The notes under the pieces were generated by a model. It made no database searches and had not been told where the DNA came from. It saw nothing but the letters and a program-made list of their open reading frames with translations. Shown here piece by piece: positions 54,999-64,000 of a stretch of DNA of 64,000 nt. How positions within the stretch are numbered: the stretch's first letter is position 1; every line of letters begins with the position of its first letter. A program made the translations under genes and the position numbers. The stretch is from a virus, in the IMG/VR virus record IMGVR_UViG_3300036834_000189, positions 52,207-116,206 of that record; one strand, written 5' to 3'.

Positions 54999-56327
54999 AT
55001 GCTGACGTCGCCGACCTACCCGCTGTCGACTTTGGCATGCACGATCGACTCGACGGGCATCAGCGCGCCGACCTACGACCAGATCCTGTCGAGCCTGCAA
55101 ACCTCGTTCCGCAGCATCTACGGCAGCGACCTGTACCTCGACCCGGATGGCCAGGATATGCAGATGCTGGCGGTGTTTGCGCTGGCGATCTACGACTCGA
55201 ACCAGGCCGCCATCGCCGTCTACAACGAGTTCTCGCCCGCGACCGCGGTCGGCGCGGGGCTCAGCTCGGTCGTCAAGATCAATGGGTTGTTGAGGCTGGT
55301 GTCGACCAACAGCACGGTCGGTGTCGTGATTACCGGGGTTGGCGGCACGGTCATCACCAACGGCGCGGTGTCGGACGACCTCGGCACGCTGTGGGCCTTG
55401 CCGCCTTCGGTGGTCATCGACCCGATCCAGGGCGACGTGCAGGTCACCGCCACGTCTACCGTGCCGGGCGCGATCCAGGCTGGGATCGGCACGGTCACCG
55501 GGATCGCGACACCGACGCGCGGCTGGCAGACCGTCACCAATCCGCTGGCGGCGGTGATCGGTGCCCCGGTCGAGACCGACGCTGCGTTGCGTGAGCGCCA
55601 GTCGATCTCGACGGCATTGCCGAGCCTGTCGGTCAAGGACGGCATCAACGCCGCGGTCGCCGCCGTCAATCAGGTCCAGCGTCTCGAAACCTACGAGAAC
55701 GACACCAACAGCACCGATGTCAACGGCATTCCGCCGCACTCGATTTCGGTCGTTGTCGAGGGTGGCGATGAAACCGACATCTGCAACGCCATTGGCGTCA
55801 AGAAGACCCCAGGGTGTTTCACCTACGGCGATACGGCGCAGATCGTCCTCGACCAGCAGGGGATGCCCAATACCATCGCGTACTTCCCGTTGCGGCTGAT
55901 TACGATCCTGGTCGAAATCACCATCATGCCGCTGCCCGGGTTCACCTCGACGATCAAGGACAACATTGCGCAGTCGGTGGCGTCGCAGATTACCGCGCTG
56001 CCGATCGGTTATGATGTGTATCTCAGCAAGGTCTATGCGTTCTCCGAATTGCCGGTCGATCAGGGCGGGTTGACCTACGATGTTACGAAGATCCGCCTGC
56101 GCCGCCAGGGCACCTTCATCTGGAACGCCGCCGACCCGTCGTTTCACGGGTGGAATTTTGGTCGTTGGGACGGGCCGTTTATGGAGGGTGATGTATCGAT
56201 CGCCTTTAACGAGGCGGCGATCTGCGATGCGGTCGCCGACATCGTCTGGATACAGCTTGCTCCAGGATTGCCGCGCGCCATGGGGGGCGGCACAACCGGG
56301 CGGTCGAGGTTGGTCGCGTGGCGATGA
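54999..56327 (+). CDS. Baseplate J-like protein
   Basis: SPATA.G..L, ETDAALR.RQ, YENDT...NGIPPHSI..VVEGG. Confidence 0.88.
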   Translation: MLTSPTYPLSTLACTIDSTGISAPTYDQILSSLQTSFRSIYGSDLYLDPDGQDMQMLAVFALAIYDSNQAAIAVYNEFSPATAVGAGLSSVVKINGLLRLVSTNSTVGVVITGVGGTVITNGAVSDDLGTLWALPPSVVIDPIQGDVQVTATSTVPGAIQAGIGTVTGIATPTRGWQTVTNPLAAVIGAPVETDAALRERQSISTALPSLSVKDGINAAVAAVNQVQRLETYENDTNSTDVNGIPPHSISVVVEGGDETDICNAIGVKKTPGCFTYGDTAQIVLDQQGMPNTIAYFPLRLITILVEITIMPLPGFTSTIKDNIAQSVASQITALPIGYDVYLSKVYAFSELPVDQGGLTYDVTKIRLRRQGTFIWNAADPSFHGWNFGRWDGPFMEGDVSIAFNEAAICDAVADIVWIQLAPGLPRAMGGGTTGRSRLVAWR

Positions 56328-56845
56328 GCACCGATCTGACCTACTACACCACCAAAGTCACCAGCGAACACAACGACAAGCCCAACTTCATGGCGATGGT
56401 CTCGTTGCTGGCGCAGGCGCTGGTCGACGAGCAGAAAATACTCTTGTCGATGCCGGGGCTCTACGATCTCGACGCTGCCGTCGGCGCCCAACTCGACACG
56501 GTCGGTCGGTGGATCGGGGTTACGCGTTTTGTCCAAGTGCCCTTTGGCACGGGCACTCTGACCGAGCTTGAGGATACCCACTACCGCATCCTGCTGCGCG
56601 CCAGGATCATCTCGAACCAATGGGACGGTACCGTCGCCGACGCCTATCGGGCGTGGGGTGTGCTGTTCGCCGGTACCGGCTTACAGGTGCTGATCCAGGA
56701 TTACGACAACATGTCGATGGGGCTGGGATTGACCGGCCCGTCCGATGCCGAGACCCAGGCGCTCTTCCTCGCCGGGTTGTTGGAACTCAAACCCAGCGGC
56801 GTCAGTGTCGCCTATTACATCGGCACGCCGCCACCACCACCATAA
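56324..56845 (+). CDS. Baseplate wedge protein (DUF2612-type)
   Basis: DLDAAVGAQLD.VG.W.G, YRILLRA.I..N.WDGT. Confidence 0.85.
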   Translation: MSTDLTYYTTKVTSEHNDKPNFMAMVSLLAQALVDEQKILLSMPGLYDLDAAVGAQLDTVGRWIGVTRFVQVPFGTGTLTELEDTHYRILLRARIISNQWDGTVADAYRAWGVLFAGTGLQVLIQDYDNMSMGLGLTGPSDAETQALFLAGLLELKPSGVSVAYYIGTPPPPP

Positions 56846-56860
56846 ATAAAGAGGGAACAG

Positions 56861-57964
56861 ATGCCCCCGATAGTCGATTTCTATCCGTTCGCCGACGCAG
56901 CCGGCGCCAACGTCATCGATCAGGCGACCTGGGCCGCCGGCAATCTCAGCCAAGGGCAGATCCGCGACAACGGGTTTCTCGGCGGCACCATCGCCGAGAG
57001 CCAGGAAGCCAACAAGGCGTGGCGGCAATCGACCTTTGTCGCCGCCGCAATCGCCAATTTGATTGCTCAGGTCAAAAACGTCGATGTGCACGACGACGGC
57101 AATCTGCAGGCGTTCATCGACGAATTGAAGGCGGCGATTGCCGCGCTCAGCCCGAGCGCTCGGAAGCCCGTTATTCCCGGCACTTCGACCAGTGATTTCT
57201 TTATCGCGACGAATGGCAGTGATGCAAACGGCGACGGCAGCGCGGCGAGCCCGTGGGCGACCCTGCAAAAGGCCTGGAACACGATCATCTCGACATTGGA
57301 TTTTGCCGGGAACGTCGTCACGATACACGTGGCCGACGGCGTTTACACCACACCGCTCTATGCCTCAGGTGTGGCGATCGGCGCGACCGCCCTCTGCCCG
57401 GTCATCATCACCGGCAATGCGGGAAATGCCGGTGCCGTGGTGTTTAACGTCATCGGCGGCAATTGCATCGAGGCCGACATCGGGGCCGCGCTGCACCTGC
57501 AGCACGTGACGGTTGAGTCAACGATATCGGGCGGCATTGGCGGGGCTGGGCTGGCGACTTCCTTTAGCGGCTTTATCGAGTTTGTCGATGTGACTTTTCT
57601 GGCTTGCACCTTTGCTCACATGTTTGTGACGGCGGGCAGCCGAATGAGGGTGCTCGGCAACTATTCGATAGCCGGTCCCAGTGAGACTCACGCGCACGCG
57701 AGTTTGGGCAGCTATCTCGATTTGTCGAACGTCGCCTCCGATTATACGGTGTCGATTAGCGGCACGCCAAATTTTTCGTGGTCCTTTGTCACCGCTGAGC
57801 AAGGCTCAGTGATCTATGCACCTCGCAACATCTATAGCGGAGGCGCCACCGGGCTGAGCTATATAGGCGAATCGAACGGCATCATCGACACGGGGGGACA
57901 CGGTGCAGGGTATTTTCCCGGCAACCAGCCGGGCCTGCTATACACCGGCGCTCAGTACGTCTGA
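56861..57964 (+). CDS. Tail fibre/spike protein
   Basis: FYPFA..AGANV, NKAWRQ, GSD.NGDGS..PW.T. Confidence 0.75.
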   Translation: MPPIVDFYPFADAAGANVIDQATWAAGNLSQGQIRDNGFLGGTIAESQEANKAWRQSTFVAAAIANLIAQVKNVDVHDDGNLQAFIDELKAAIAALSPSARKPVIPGTSTSDFFIATNGSDANGDGSAASPWATLQKAWNTIISTLDFAGNVVTIHVADGVYTTPLYASGVAIGATALCPVIITGNAGNAGAVVFNVIGGNCIEADIGAALHLQHVTVESTISGGIGGAGLATSFSGFIEFVDVTFLACTFAHMFVTAGSRMRVLGNYSIAGPSETHAHASLGSYLDLSNVASDYTVSISGTPNFSWSFVTAEQGSVIYAPRNIYSGGATGLSYIGESNGIIDTGGHGAGYFPGNQPGLLYTGAQYV

Positions 57965-57976
57965 GGAGGGGGGCGC

Positions 57977-58579
57977 ATGCCGCGATACGATGCGCGCGAT
58001 TGGTACTGGGTGATCGCCCAGAACACGACACAGGTGTTTTCGTCGGCTCGTGCATTGTCGGTGCCGGTCGCGGATGGCACTTACCAGAACTGGCTCTCAG
58101 CCGGCGGGTGGACCGTGCCGATCGCCAGCGAGGCCGAACTTTACGACGTGCTCACCGTGGCGGCGCCAGCGGCGGCGGCGTCGGCGGCGCCGGCCTGGGT
58201 CAGCGGCGATCTATTGACCCCGCAGCAGGCGCACGACTGGCTGATCAGCGCGGGATTGACGATCACCTCGACGGGGACTGCGGCGGTCAATGGGACTTAT
58301 GCGGTCGATGATGGTACGCGCACGCGGATAAACGCCATCGTCACTGGGCTCAATGCCGTACCGCCGACGTTCCCGGCCGGACTCAATCCATTTCCGTGGA
58401 ACGATATGTCAAACGTCGCCCATAACTGGCAAGGGGGCACAACTGCGACGACCGGAAGATTTTTCGATTTTGCGTTTGAGGTGCGCGACTATATCGAGCA
58501 CCTCAATGCCACGTTGCTGGCGCGGCAAGGCAGCAACCCGACAGCACCCTGGCCATCATCCTCGGTGACAATCGCTTGA
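57977..58579 (+). CDS. Tail fibre-associated protein/chaperone
   Basis: DWYW, Y..WL; follows the fibre gene. Confidence 0.6.
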   Translation: MPRYDARDWYWVIAQNTTQVFSSARALSVPVADGTYQNWLSAGGWTVPIASEAELYDVLTVAAPAAAASAAPAWVSGDLLTPQQAHDWLISAGLTITSTGTAAVNGTYAVDDGTRTRINAIVTGLNAVPPTFPAGLNPFPWNDMSNVAHNWQGGTTATTGRFFDFAFEVRDYIEHLNATLLARQGSNPTAPWPSSSVTIA

Positions 58580-58594
58580 GAAGCCCGGAGAGTC

Positions 58595-59590
58595 ATGGAC
58601 AATCGGAGCTTCTTGCGGCTGTTCGAGCGGCCGGAACGCCCACGGAATGTGCCGCCGGCCACGCACGTGTACGCTCCGATGCCCCCGGTTCAGCCGCCCC
58701 GGCCGTCTCCCGTCCCATCGCCCGCACCGCCCGACCGCCGTCCATCGCCCACGCCGCTCCGCATCCCCCTTCCGACGCGGCTCACCGCTGATCAGGCCTT
58801 CCTGCGGCTGTTCGAGCGGCACCCGCGTCGAGCCCCTACGGAGCCCGTGGAGGACCGGAAGCCGGAAGCCGCTGTCATACCCCCGCCTGCACCGGAGATG
58901 CCCATCAGGCGGGCTCCGCTGCGGCCCGTGCCGCGTCCTCCCGCGCCGGCCCCAACCCCAAGCGCCGCCGATCTCGGCTACCCGTTCGCCGCTAACGACA
59001 TCCTGCCCGCCGCCGCCCTCAACGCCGCGTTGGAGGGCAATCCCGGTCTGGGGCTGATCGGCAACAGCTTCAAATTGTGGTTCGATACCAGCACGCAGGA
59101 AGTGCGGCAGCGCTGGTGGGACGGCGCGCAGTGGGTCACCGCCGCGGCGCTCGATCCCGGCGCGCATCTGTGGCTGCCGCTGTTTGGCGGCGGCACCACC
59201 ACCCTCGCCAGCGCGGCTATTGTCGACCTCGGCAGCGTCTTCGAGACCCGAGTCACGATTACCGGCAGTGTGCCGATAAGCTCGTTCGGCACAAGCTGGC
59301 CGCGCGGCTCGGGCAAGCTCCTCAGCTTTCGAGACGGCGCGACACTGACCGCCAGCGCGTCGATGGTGATCCTTGGCGGGAGCGGCGGCAATCTCGTCAC
59401 CGCGCCCGGCGACGGCGCGTTCGCGTGGGCGCTCGGGTCGGGCAATTGGGAGGTGTTCTTTCTGCCCGCGATCTCGGCGAGCGGCCTGCTCGACGCCCCG
59501 GCGGACGGTCGATCCTACGGTCGACGGAACGCCGCCTGGAACCCAGTCCTTGCATTGTCGAACGACATATTGGATGGCGGCAATTTTTAG
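58595..59590 (+). CDS. Fibre-associated protein with Pro-rich N-terminus and C-terminal DGGNF
   Basis: DAPADG..YGR.N.AW; LDGGNF. Confidence 0.6.
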   Translation: MDNRSFLRLFERPERPRNVPPATHVYAPMPPVQPPRPSPVPSPAPPDRRPSPTPLRIPLPTRLTADQAFLRLFERHPRRAPTEPVEDRKPEAAVIPPPAPEMPIRRAPLRPVPRPPAPAPTPSAADLGYPFAANDILPAAALNAALEGNPGLGLIGNSFKLWFDTSTQEVRQRWWDGAQWVTAAALDPGAHLWLPLFGGGTTTLASAAIVDLGSVFETRVTITGSVPISSFGTSWPRGSGKLLSFRDGATLTASASMVILGGSGGNLVTAPGDGAFAWALGSGNWEVFFLPAISASGLLDAPADGRSYGRRNAAWNPVLALSNDILDGGNF

Positions 59591-59614
59591 GCGATGAGCA
59601 AAGAAACAAACTAG

Positions 59615-61162
59615 ATGTCCGATGTAATCCGCATCAAGCGCAGGTCGACGGGCGCACCGGGGGCTCCAGCCTCCTTGGCGAGCGCCGAGCTGGCGTACAA
59701 CGAAGTCGATCACACCCTGTATTACGGAGAAGGGACTGGGGGTGCGGGCGGCTCGGCCACGGTCGTGGTGGCGATCGCAGGTCAAGGTCTGTCGAGTAGC
59801 GCCCTCCCCTTAATGGACAGCAGTGGCGCCGACGCGGGGACCGCCTCGACCTGGTCACGCGGCGACCACGTCCACCCAACCGACACTTCCCGCGCCCCAA
59901 TACTCAGCCCAGCCTTCACCGGGACGCCGATCGCCCCGACGGTCATCCCGGGGACGGACAACACGACCAAGCTGGCGACTACCGCCTTCGTCCAGTCCGC
60001 GGTCGCGGCGGTCTCGGCGGGCGTCACCAACATCACGGTGGGCCAGGGTCTTACGGGGGGCGGGACCGGGAACGTCACCATCGCCGTCGCCAACGGCGGC
60101 ATCGCCAACACCATGCTGGCGACGATGCCAGCCAACACGCTGAAGGGGAACAACACGGGCGTGGGCGCGGCCCCGTTGGACCTCACCGTCGCACAGACCA
60201 TGACCCTGCTGGGTGCAGCTCCACTGGCTTCCCCGGGGTTCATCGGAGTCCCGACCGCACCGACCCCGACCAATGGGACCAACACGATACAACTGGCGAC
60301 CACCGCCTTTGTCCTGGCGACCGGCCTCAACCAACTACAGCCGCCGACGGGGACGGTCAGCTTCAACAACCAGCAACTGATCGGACTGACGGACCCGACG
60401 ACCGCCCAGGGCGCGGCGACCAAAGGCTACGTGGACGGTCTGGTCCAGGGGATCAACACCAAGGCCTCGGTCCTGGCGGCGACGGCGGTAGGCCAGAACA
60501 TCGTCCTCTCGGGCACCCAGACGATTGACGGCGCCGCGGTCAACGTCGGCGACCGCGTCCTGGTCAAAAATCAAACCAACGCGGCACAGAACGGCATTTA
60601 CGTGGTCGCCACGGGCGCCTGGACCCGCGGCCCGCAAACCGACACCTGGGCCGAGTTGGTGAGCGCCTACACCTTTGTCGTGGAGGGTACCACCAACGCC
60701 AGCACCGGTTGGCTCTGTACGGTGACCCCCGGCGGAACCCTCGAAACCACCCCGGTCACCTGGACCCAATTCTCGGGTGCGGGGCAGGTCACCGCCGGCA
60801 ACGGTCTGACCCAGACCGGCAACACCATCTCAGCGGTGGGCACCGCCAACCGCATCGCCTCGACCCCCGCCGGCATCGACATCGCGACCAACTACGCGGG
60901 CCAGAACAGCATCAACACCCTGGGCACGGTCGTCACGGGGACGTGGAACGGGAGCGCGGTCGGGGTGCCCTACGGCGGCACCGGCGCGTCGGCCCTGACC
61001 GGCTACCTCCTGGGGAACGGCACGAATCCCGTCACCGCGAGCCCGAACATCCCAAACACCGCCATCACTGGCTTGGGCACGATGAGCACCCAGAACGCCA
61101 ACGCGGTCGCCATCACCGGAGGCACAATCGACGGTTGTACGATCGATGGTGGGATTTTTTGA
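59615..61162 (+). CDS. Tail fibre protein
   Basis: IRIKRR..ELAYN, DHVHP, LATTAFV x2, RVLVKNQ..NGIY, C-terminal IDGGIF. Confidence 0.8.
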   Translation: MSDVIRIKRRSTGAPGAPASLASAELAYNEVDHTLYYGEGTGGAGGSATVVVAIAGQGLSSSALPLMDSSGADAGTASTWSRGDHVHPTDTSRAPILSPAFTGTPIAPTVIPGTDNTTKLATTAFVQSAVAAVSAGVTNITVGQGLTGGGTGNVTIAVANGGIANTMLATMPANTLKGNNTGVGAAPLDLTVAQTMTLLGAAPLASPGFIGVPTAPTPTNGTNTIQLATTAFVLATGLNQLQPPTGTVSFNNQQLIGLTDPTTAQGAATKGYVDGLVQGINTKASVLAATAVGQNIVLSGTQTIDGAAVNVGDRVLVKNQTNAAQNGIYVVATGAWTRGPQTDTWAELVSAYTFVVEGTTNASTGWLCTVTPGGTLETTPVTWTQFSGAGQVTAGNGLTQTGNTISAVGTANRIASTPAGIDIATNYAGQNSINTLGTVVTGTWNGSAVGVPYGGTGASALTGYLLGNGTNPVTASPNIPNTAITGLGTMSTQNANAVAITGGTIDGCTIDGGIF

Positions 61163-61206
61163 GAGCTACAGATGGATAAATATACTCGTTACCGTCAGCA
61201 CCCCCA

Positions 61207-64000
61207 ATGACCGATGTCATCCGCATCAAACGGCGGAGCACAGGCTCCCCTGGGGCTCCAGCCGCCTTGGCGAGCGCCGAACTGGCGTTCAACGAACTGG
61301 ACAACACCCTCTACTACGGCGCCGGCAACAGCGCCGGACAAGCAACGAACATCATCACCATCGGGGGACCAGGAGCTTACCTGCCCCGTTCGGGCGGGAC
61401 CATGACGGGGCCGATCACCCTGGCGGCCGACCCGGCTGCGGCGCTCCAGCCGGTCACGCTGCAATACTACAACGCCCACCTGCCGACCGGCACCCTTCCG
61501 ACACCGGGGCCAAACGGCAGCGTACTCGGCTCGAACGGCACAACCGCGGCGTGGACGCGCGACCTCACGAACCTCAATACGGTTGTCATCAACAGTGGCA
61601 CCGTAGCCCTACCGCCATTGACCGGTGGACTCGCCAGCGGCGCAATTCTACGGATGGGACCGGATAATGCAGGTAACTTTTGGGGACAGATAATCGATGG
61701 ATTTGGCGGCAGCACCCCAGGCATAGTTTTTCGCACTGCCGGTGGCACGGCCACAGCACCCAGCTCCATGCCAGCAGGTGGTGTGTTGGGCGCCATTGTA
61801 TGTGTTGGCCATGGTACGACCAGTTACGGCGGGACGAGCGCCTCCATCCAAATGGTTACTGGTGAAGCCTGGACTGATTCAGCGCAAGGCACTCGAATCC
61901 AATTTTCGACGAACACTTCTGGAACTACCGGGCCGATCAACCGGATGACGATCGGCCAGGGCGTCATGATCGGCACCACGACCGCCGATCCCGGCGTTGG
62001 CCGGCTGGTGCTTAACGCCAACTCGGCGCCGCTGCCGGCAGCCGTACCGGACCCATTCCGGCTGCGGGTGTCGGGGGCGGACGGCGAATACACCGCGATG
62101 CTGATCGAAGGGTGGCAAGGGACCGCTACCGACTCGGGAGTCGGCATAGATTTTCGTTTCTCGCATGGTACCGCCGCCGCTCCGACAGCGACCCAGTCGG
62201 GCGATTGGCTCGGATGGTTCTCCTGGGGCGGTTACGGAGCCACCGCCTACGCCGACTGGACCGCGTGGGTGGCCGGGATCGCGACCGAGACCTATTCGGC
62301 AACGGTCCACGGCTCAGGTATCCAATTTGCCACCACCACAAGAGGAACGACTGGTGCAGTTCGCCGGATGCAGATCGGCGAGGGGATTTCAATCGGTACC
62401 ACCACCGATCCCGGCGCAAACAACCTCAGCGTTCAGGGCACGCTCACCGTCGGCACGACCACCACCGGCGGCGGCAACATCGCGAGCTTCAATGCGCCGA
62501 CGACGCAGGATTGCTACCTGTATTTCAATGGCGCGCGCGGCTGGTTGGTTGGGCCGCAGGCCACCGGTGGAAGCGCCGGCCGGTTTCTCATCTACGACGT
62601 CACAGCGGCCCGCTACGATTTGATCTTCGGGACGGACGGCGGGGCGACATTCGGCAACTGGATACAAGTGCCCAACGGCATCTGGATCAACAGCCTGAGC
62701 ACCACCGGCACCGCGCTCAACCTGATCGCGATCGACAGCAACAACAACATGCTGGTCGGCTGGAATGTGCCGGGAAGCATAGTCCTGGGAGGCTCCAGCC
62801 AAAACGTCCAGATCGGTTACCGCCTGCGTGTGCAAGCCGACGGCTCGAACTATTTCTGGATCACCGGCACCAACCTCTCACCGGAAACCGGCTCGATCGG
62901 CGTCACCCTCAGCGGTGGACAGCCGACCGCCATCACCCTCGTCCAGCCAACGACGTGCAGTGCGGCGCTGACCGTCAACGGTAGCATCTATCAGGCCAGT
63001 AACACCTCCCATTTTTTCCGCAATTCGGCCAACACCGGCTGGATCACCGGTATCGGGATCGACACATCCAACAACCTCGGCATCGGCTGGTGGAACCCGC
63101 CCTCAGGTCAGGTCTACATCGGGAGCGGCGTCCAAACCAACTTCGGTGGCGCCATAAACGTTTCAAGCAGCGTCTATGCCGGTACTTATGTTCAAGCCAA
63201 CACATACATGACGAGCGCGCAGGGTGCGTACTTCAACGGCAACTATCCAGGCCAGGGCTACGGCTTGATCGCGCAGAATCCGGTACAGTTCCGCAGCAAC
63301 CTGCGGGTCGAAGGCAACATGTCGCTGAACGGCTGGTTCTACAATCCGGGTGGCAGCGACCCGCTGGGTGTTTACGCCGATCAGGGCTATTACGCACGCG
63401 CCCGCTACAATGTTGCGGGCGTTCGTACATGGTCCTGTGGCTGTGACACCAACGGTTGGTTTGCGATCGCCGACGAGACCGCAGGGGCCTACCGGCTCTG
63501 GATCGATACCGGTGGTGGTCTTCACTGGGTCAGCGACCAATGGTTCATCGCCGGCTCGATCCAGATGATCGCGATCAACGCCAACGCCAACGTGTGGATC
63601 GGCGGCAACGCGAGCAGCATCACGCTGTACGCGCCGACAACATGCAACAGCACGATCTCCACCGTCGGTGCCAACGCCGGCTATTACTTGGCCGACCGCG
63701 CCGGCACGGCGCCCACCCAATGGGTGTTCTATGCGTACGGCGGCTCCCTCAACGTGTATGAAAATGCCGACGGCGACCGTTTTCGCTTCAACCACTATGC
63801 ATTCTATCCGGCCGGCGACAATTCTTTCTATTGCGGCGCGCAAGGCGGCAATGTGTGGGCCGCTGTCTACTCATACAACTTCGTCACTCAAAGAGACCTC
63901 AGGCACAAGACCGACATTGAAGACCTGCCCGACTGCCTCGCCGTCCTGCATGTCCTCAAGCCGAAACGCTTCCGCTTCAACAACGCGCGGCCCGAAGACG
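61207..64000 (+). CDS. Long tail fibre with C-terminal peptidase S74-like chaperone domain (3' partial; absent from the ORF track)
   Basis: Reads MTDVIRIKRRSTGSPGAPAALASAELAFNE..., same frame at the window end gives TQRDLRHKTDIEDL..LKPKRFRF; frame spot-checked, not fully translated. Confidence 0.8.
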   Translation, partial: MTDVIRIKRRSTGSPGAPAALASAELAFNELDNTLYYGAGNSAGQATNIITIGGPGAYLPRSGGTMTGPITLAADPAAALQPVTLQYYNAHLPTGTLPTPGPNGSVLGSNGTTAAWTRDLTNLNTVVINSGTVALPPLTGGLASGAILRMGPDNAGNFWGQIIDGFGGSTPGIVFRTAGGTATAPSSMPAGGVLGAIVCVGHGTTSYGGTSASIQMVTGEAWTDSAQGTRIQFSTNTSGTTGPINRMTIGQGVMIGTTTADPGVGRLVLNANSAPLPAAVPDPFRLRVSGADGEYTAMLIEGWQGTATDSGVGIDFRFSHGTAAAPTATQSGDWLGWFSWGGYGATAYADWTAWVAGIATETYSATVHGSGIQFATTTRGTTGAVRRMQIGEGISIGTTTDPGANNLSVQGTLTVGTTTTGGGNIASFNAPTTQDCYLYFNGARGWLVGPQATGGSAGRFLIYDVTAARYDLIFGTDGGATFGNWIQVPNGIWINSLSTTGTALNLIAIDSNNNMLVGWNVPGSIVLGGSSQNVQIGYRLRVQADGSNYFWITGTNLSPETGSIGVTLSGGQPTAITLVQPTTCSAALTVNGSIYQASNTSHFFRNSANTGWITGIGIDTSNNLGIGWWNPPSGQVYIGSGVQTNFGGAINVSSSVYAGTYVQANTYMTSAQGAYFNGNYPGQGYGLIAQNPVQFRSNLRVEGNMSLNGWFYNPGGSDPLGVYADQGYYARARYNVAGVRTWSCGCDTNGWFAIADETAGAYRLWIDTGGGLHWVSDQWFIAGSIQMIAINANANVWIGGNASSITLYAPTTCNSTISTVGANAGYYLADRAGTAPTQWVFYAYGGSLNVYENADGDRFRFNHYAFYPAGDNSFYCGAQGGNVWAAVYSYNFVTQRDLRHKTDIEDLPDCLAVLHVLKPKRFRFNNARPED

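Noticed and set aside
56861-64000. Diversity-generating retroelement or invertible fibre cassette
   Set aside because: No reverse transcriptase, invertase or adenine-specific TR/VR pair seen; repeats are paralogous N-termini
1-64000. tRNA, rRNA, integrase or IS elements
   Set aside because: No cloverleaf with T-loop consensus, rRNA-like sequence or recombinase/transposase motif recognised by eye

Overview
A 64-kb, GC-rich segment of a tailed dsDNA phage with a contractile (myovirus-type) tail. Order on the + strand: replication/recombination block (PolA, DnaX-like clamp loader, gp32-like SSB, RecA, dCTP deaminase/dUTPase, Hjc-like resolvase), terminase, a 1.6-kaa portal fusion, DUF2213 protease/scaffold, decoration protein, DUF2184 major capsid, neck, sheath/tube, tape measure, baseplate and tail fibres (the last gene runs off the window). 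The main finding is two non-coding dual-repeat arrays flanking the capsid genes: 21 units at 28735-29513 (+) and 5 units at 26116-26305 (-). Their unit is AGCCA-N9-loop repeat-N9-AGCG (36-38 nt), the architecture of TIGR guide-RNA arrays. Every half-spacer ends in G, and no Tas/Nop gene is visible in this window. Other notable features: (1) a portal fused to HiPIP-like, Nudix, kinase-like and ADP-ribosyltransferase domains; (2) a shared W-x-S-P-x-F-P / D-A / H..GQF peptide code in putative internal head proteins; (3) five copies of a minus-strand promoter followed by a covarying AAUCGA-loop hairpin, driving small-gene islands inserted into the head module; (4) a candidate structured ncRNA between the terminase genes. 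All assignments come from reading motifs by eye; no database searches were run.
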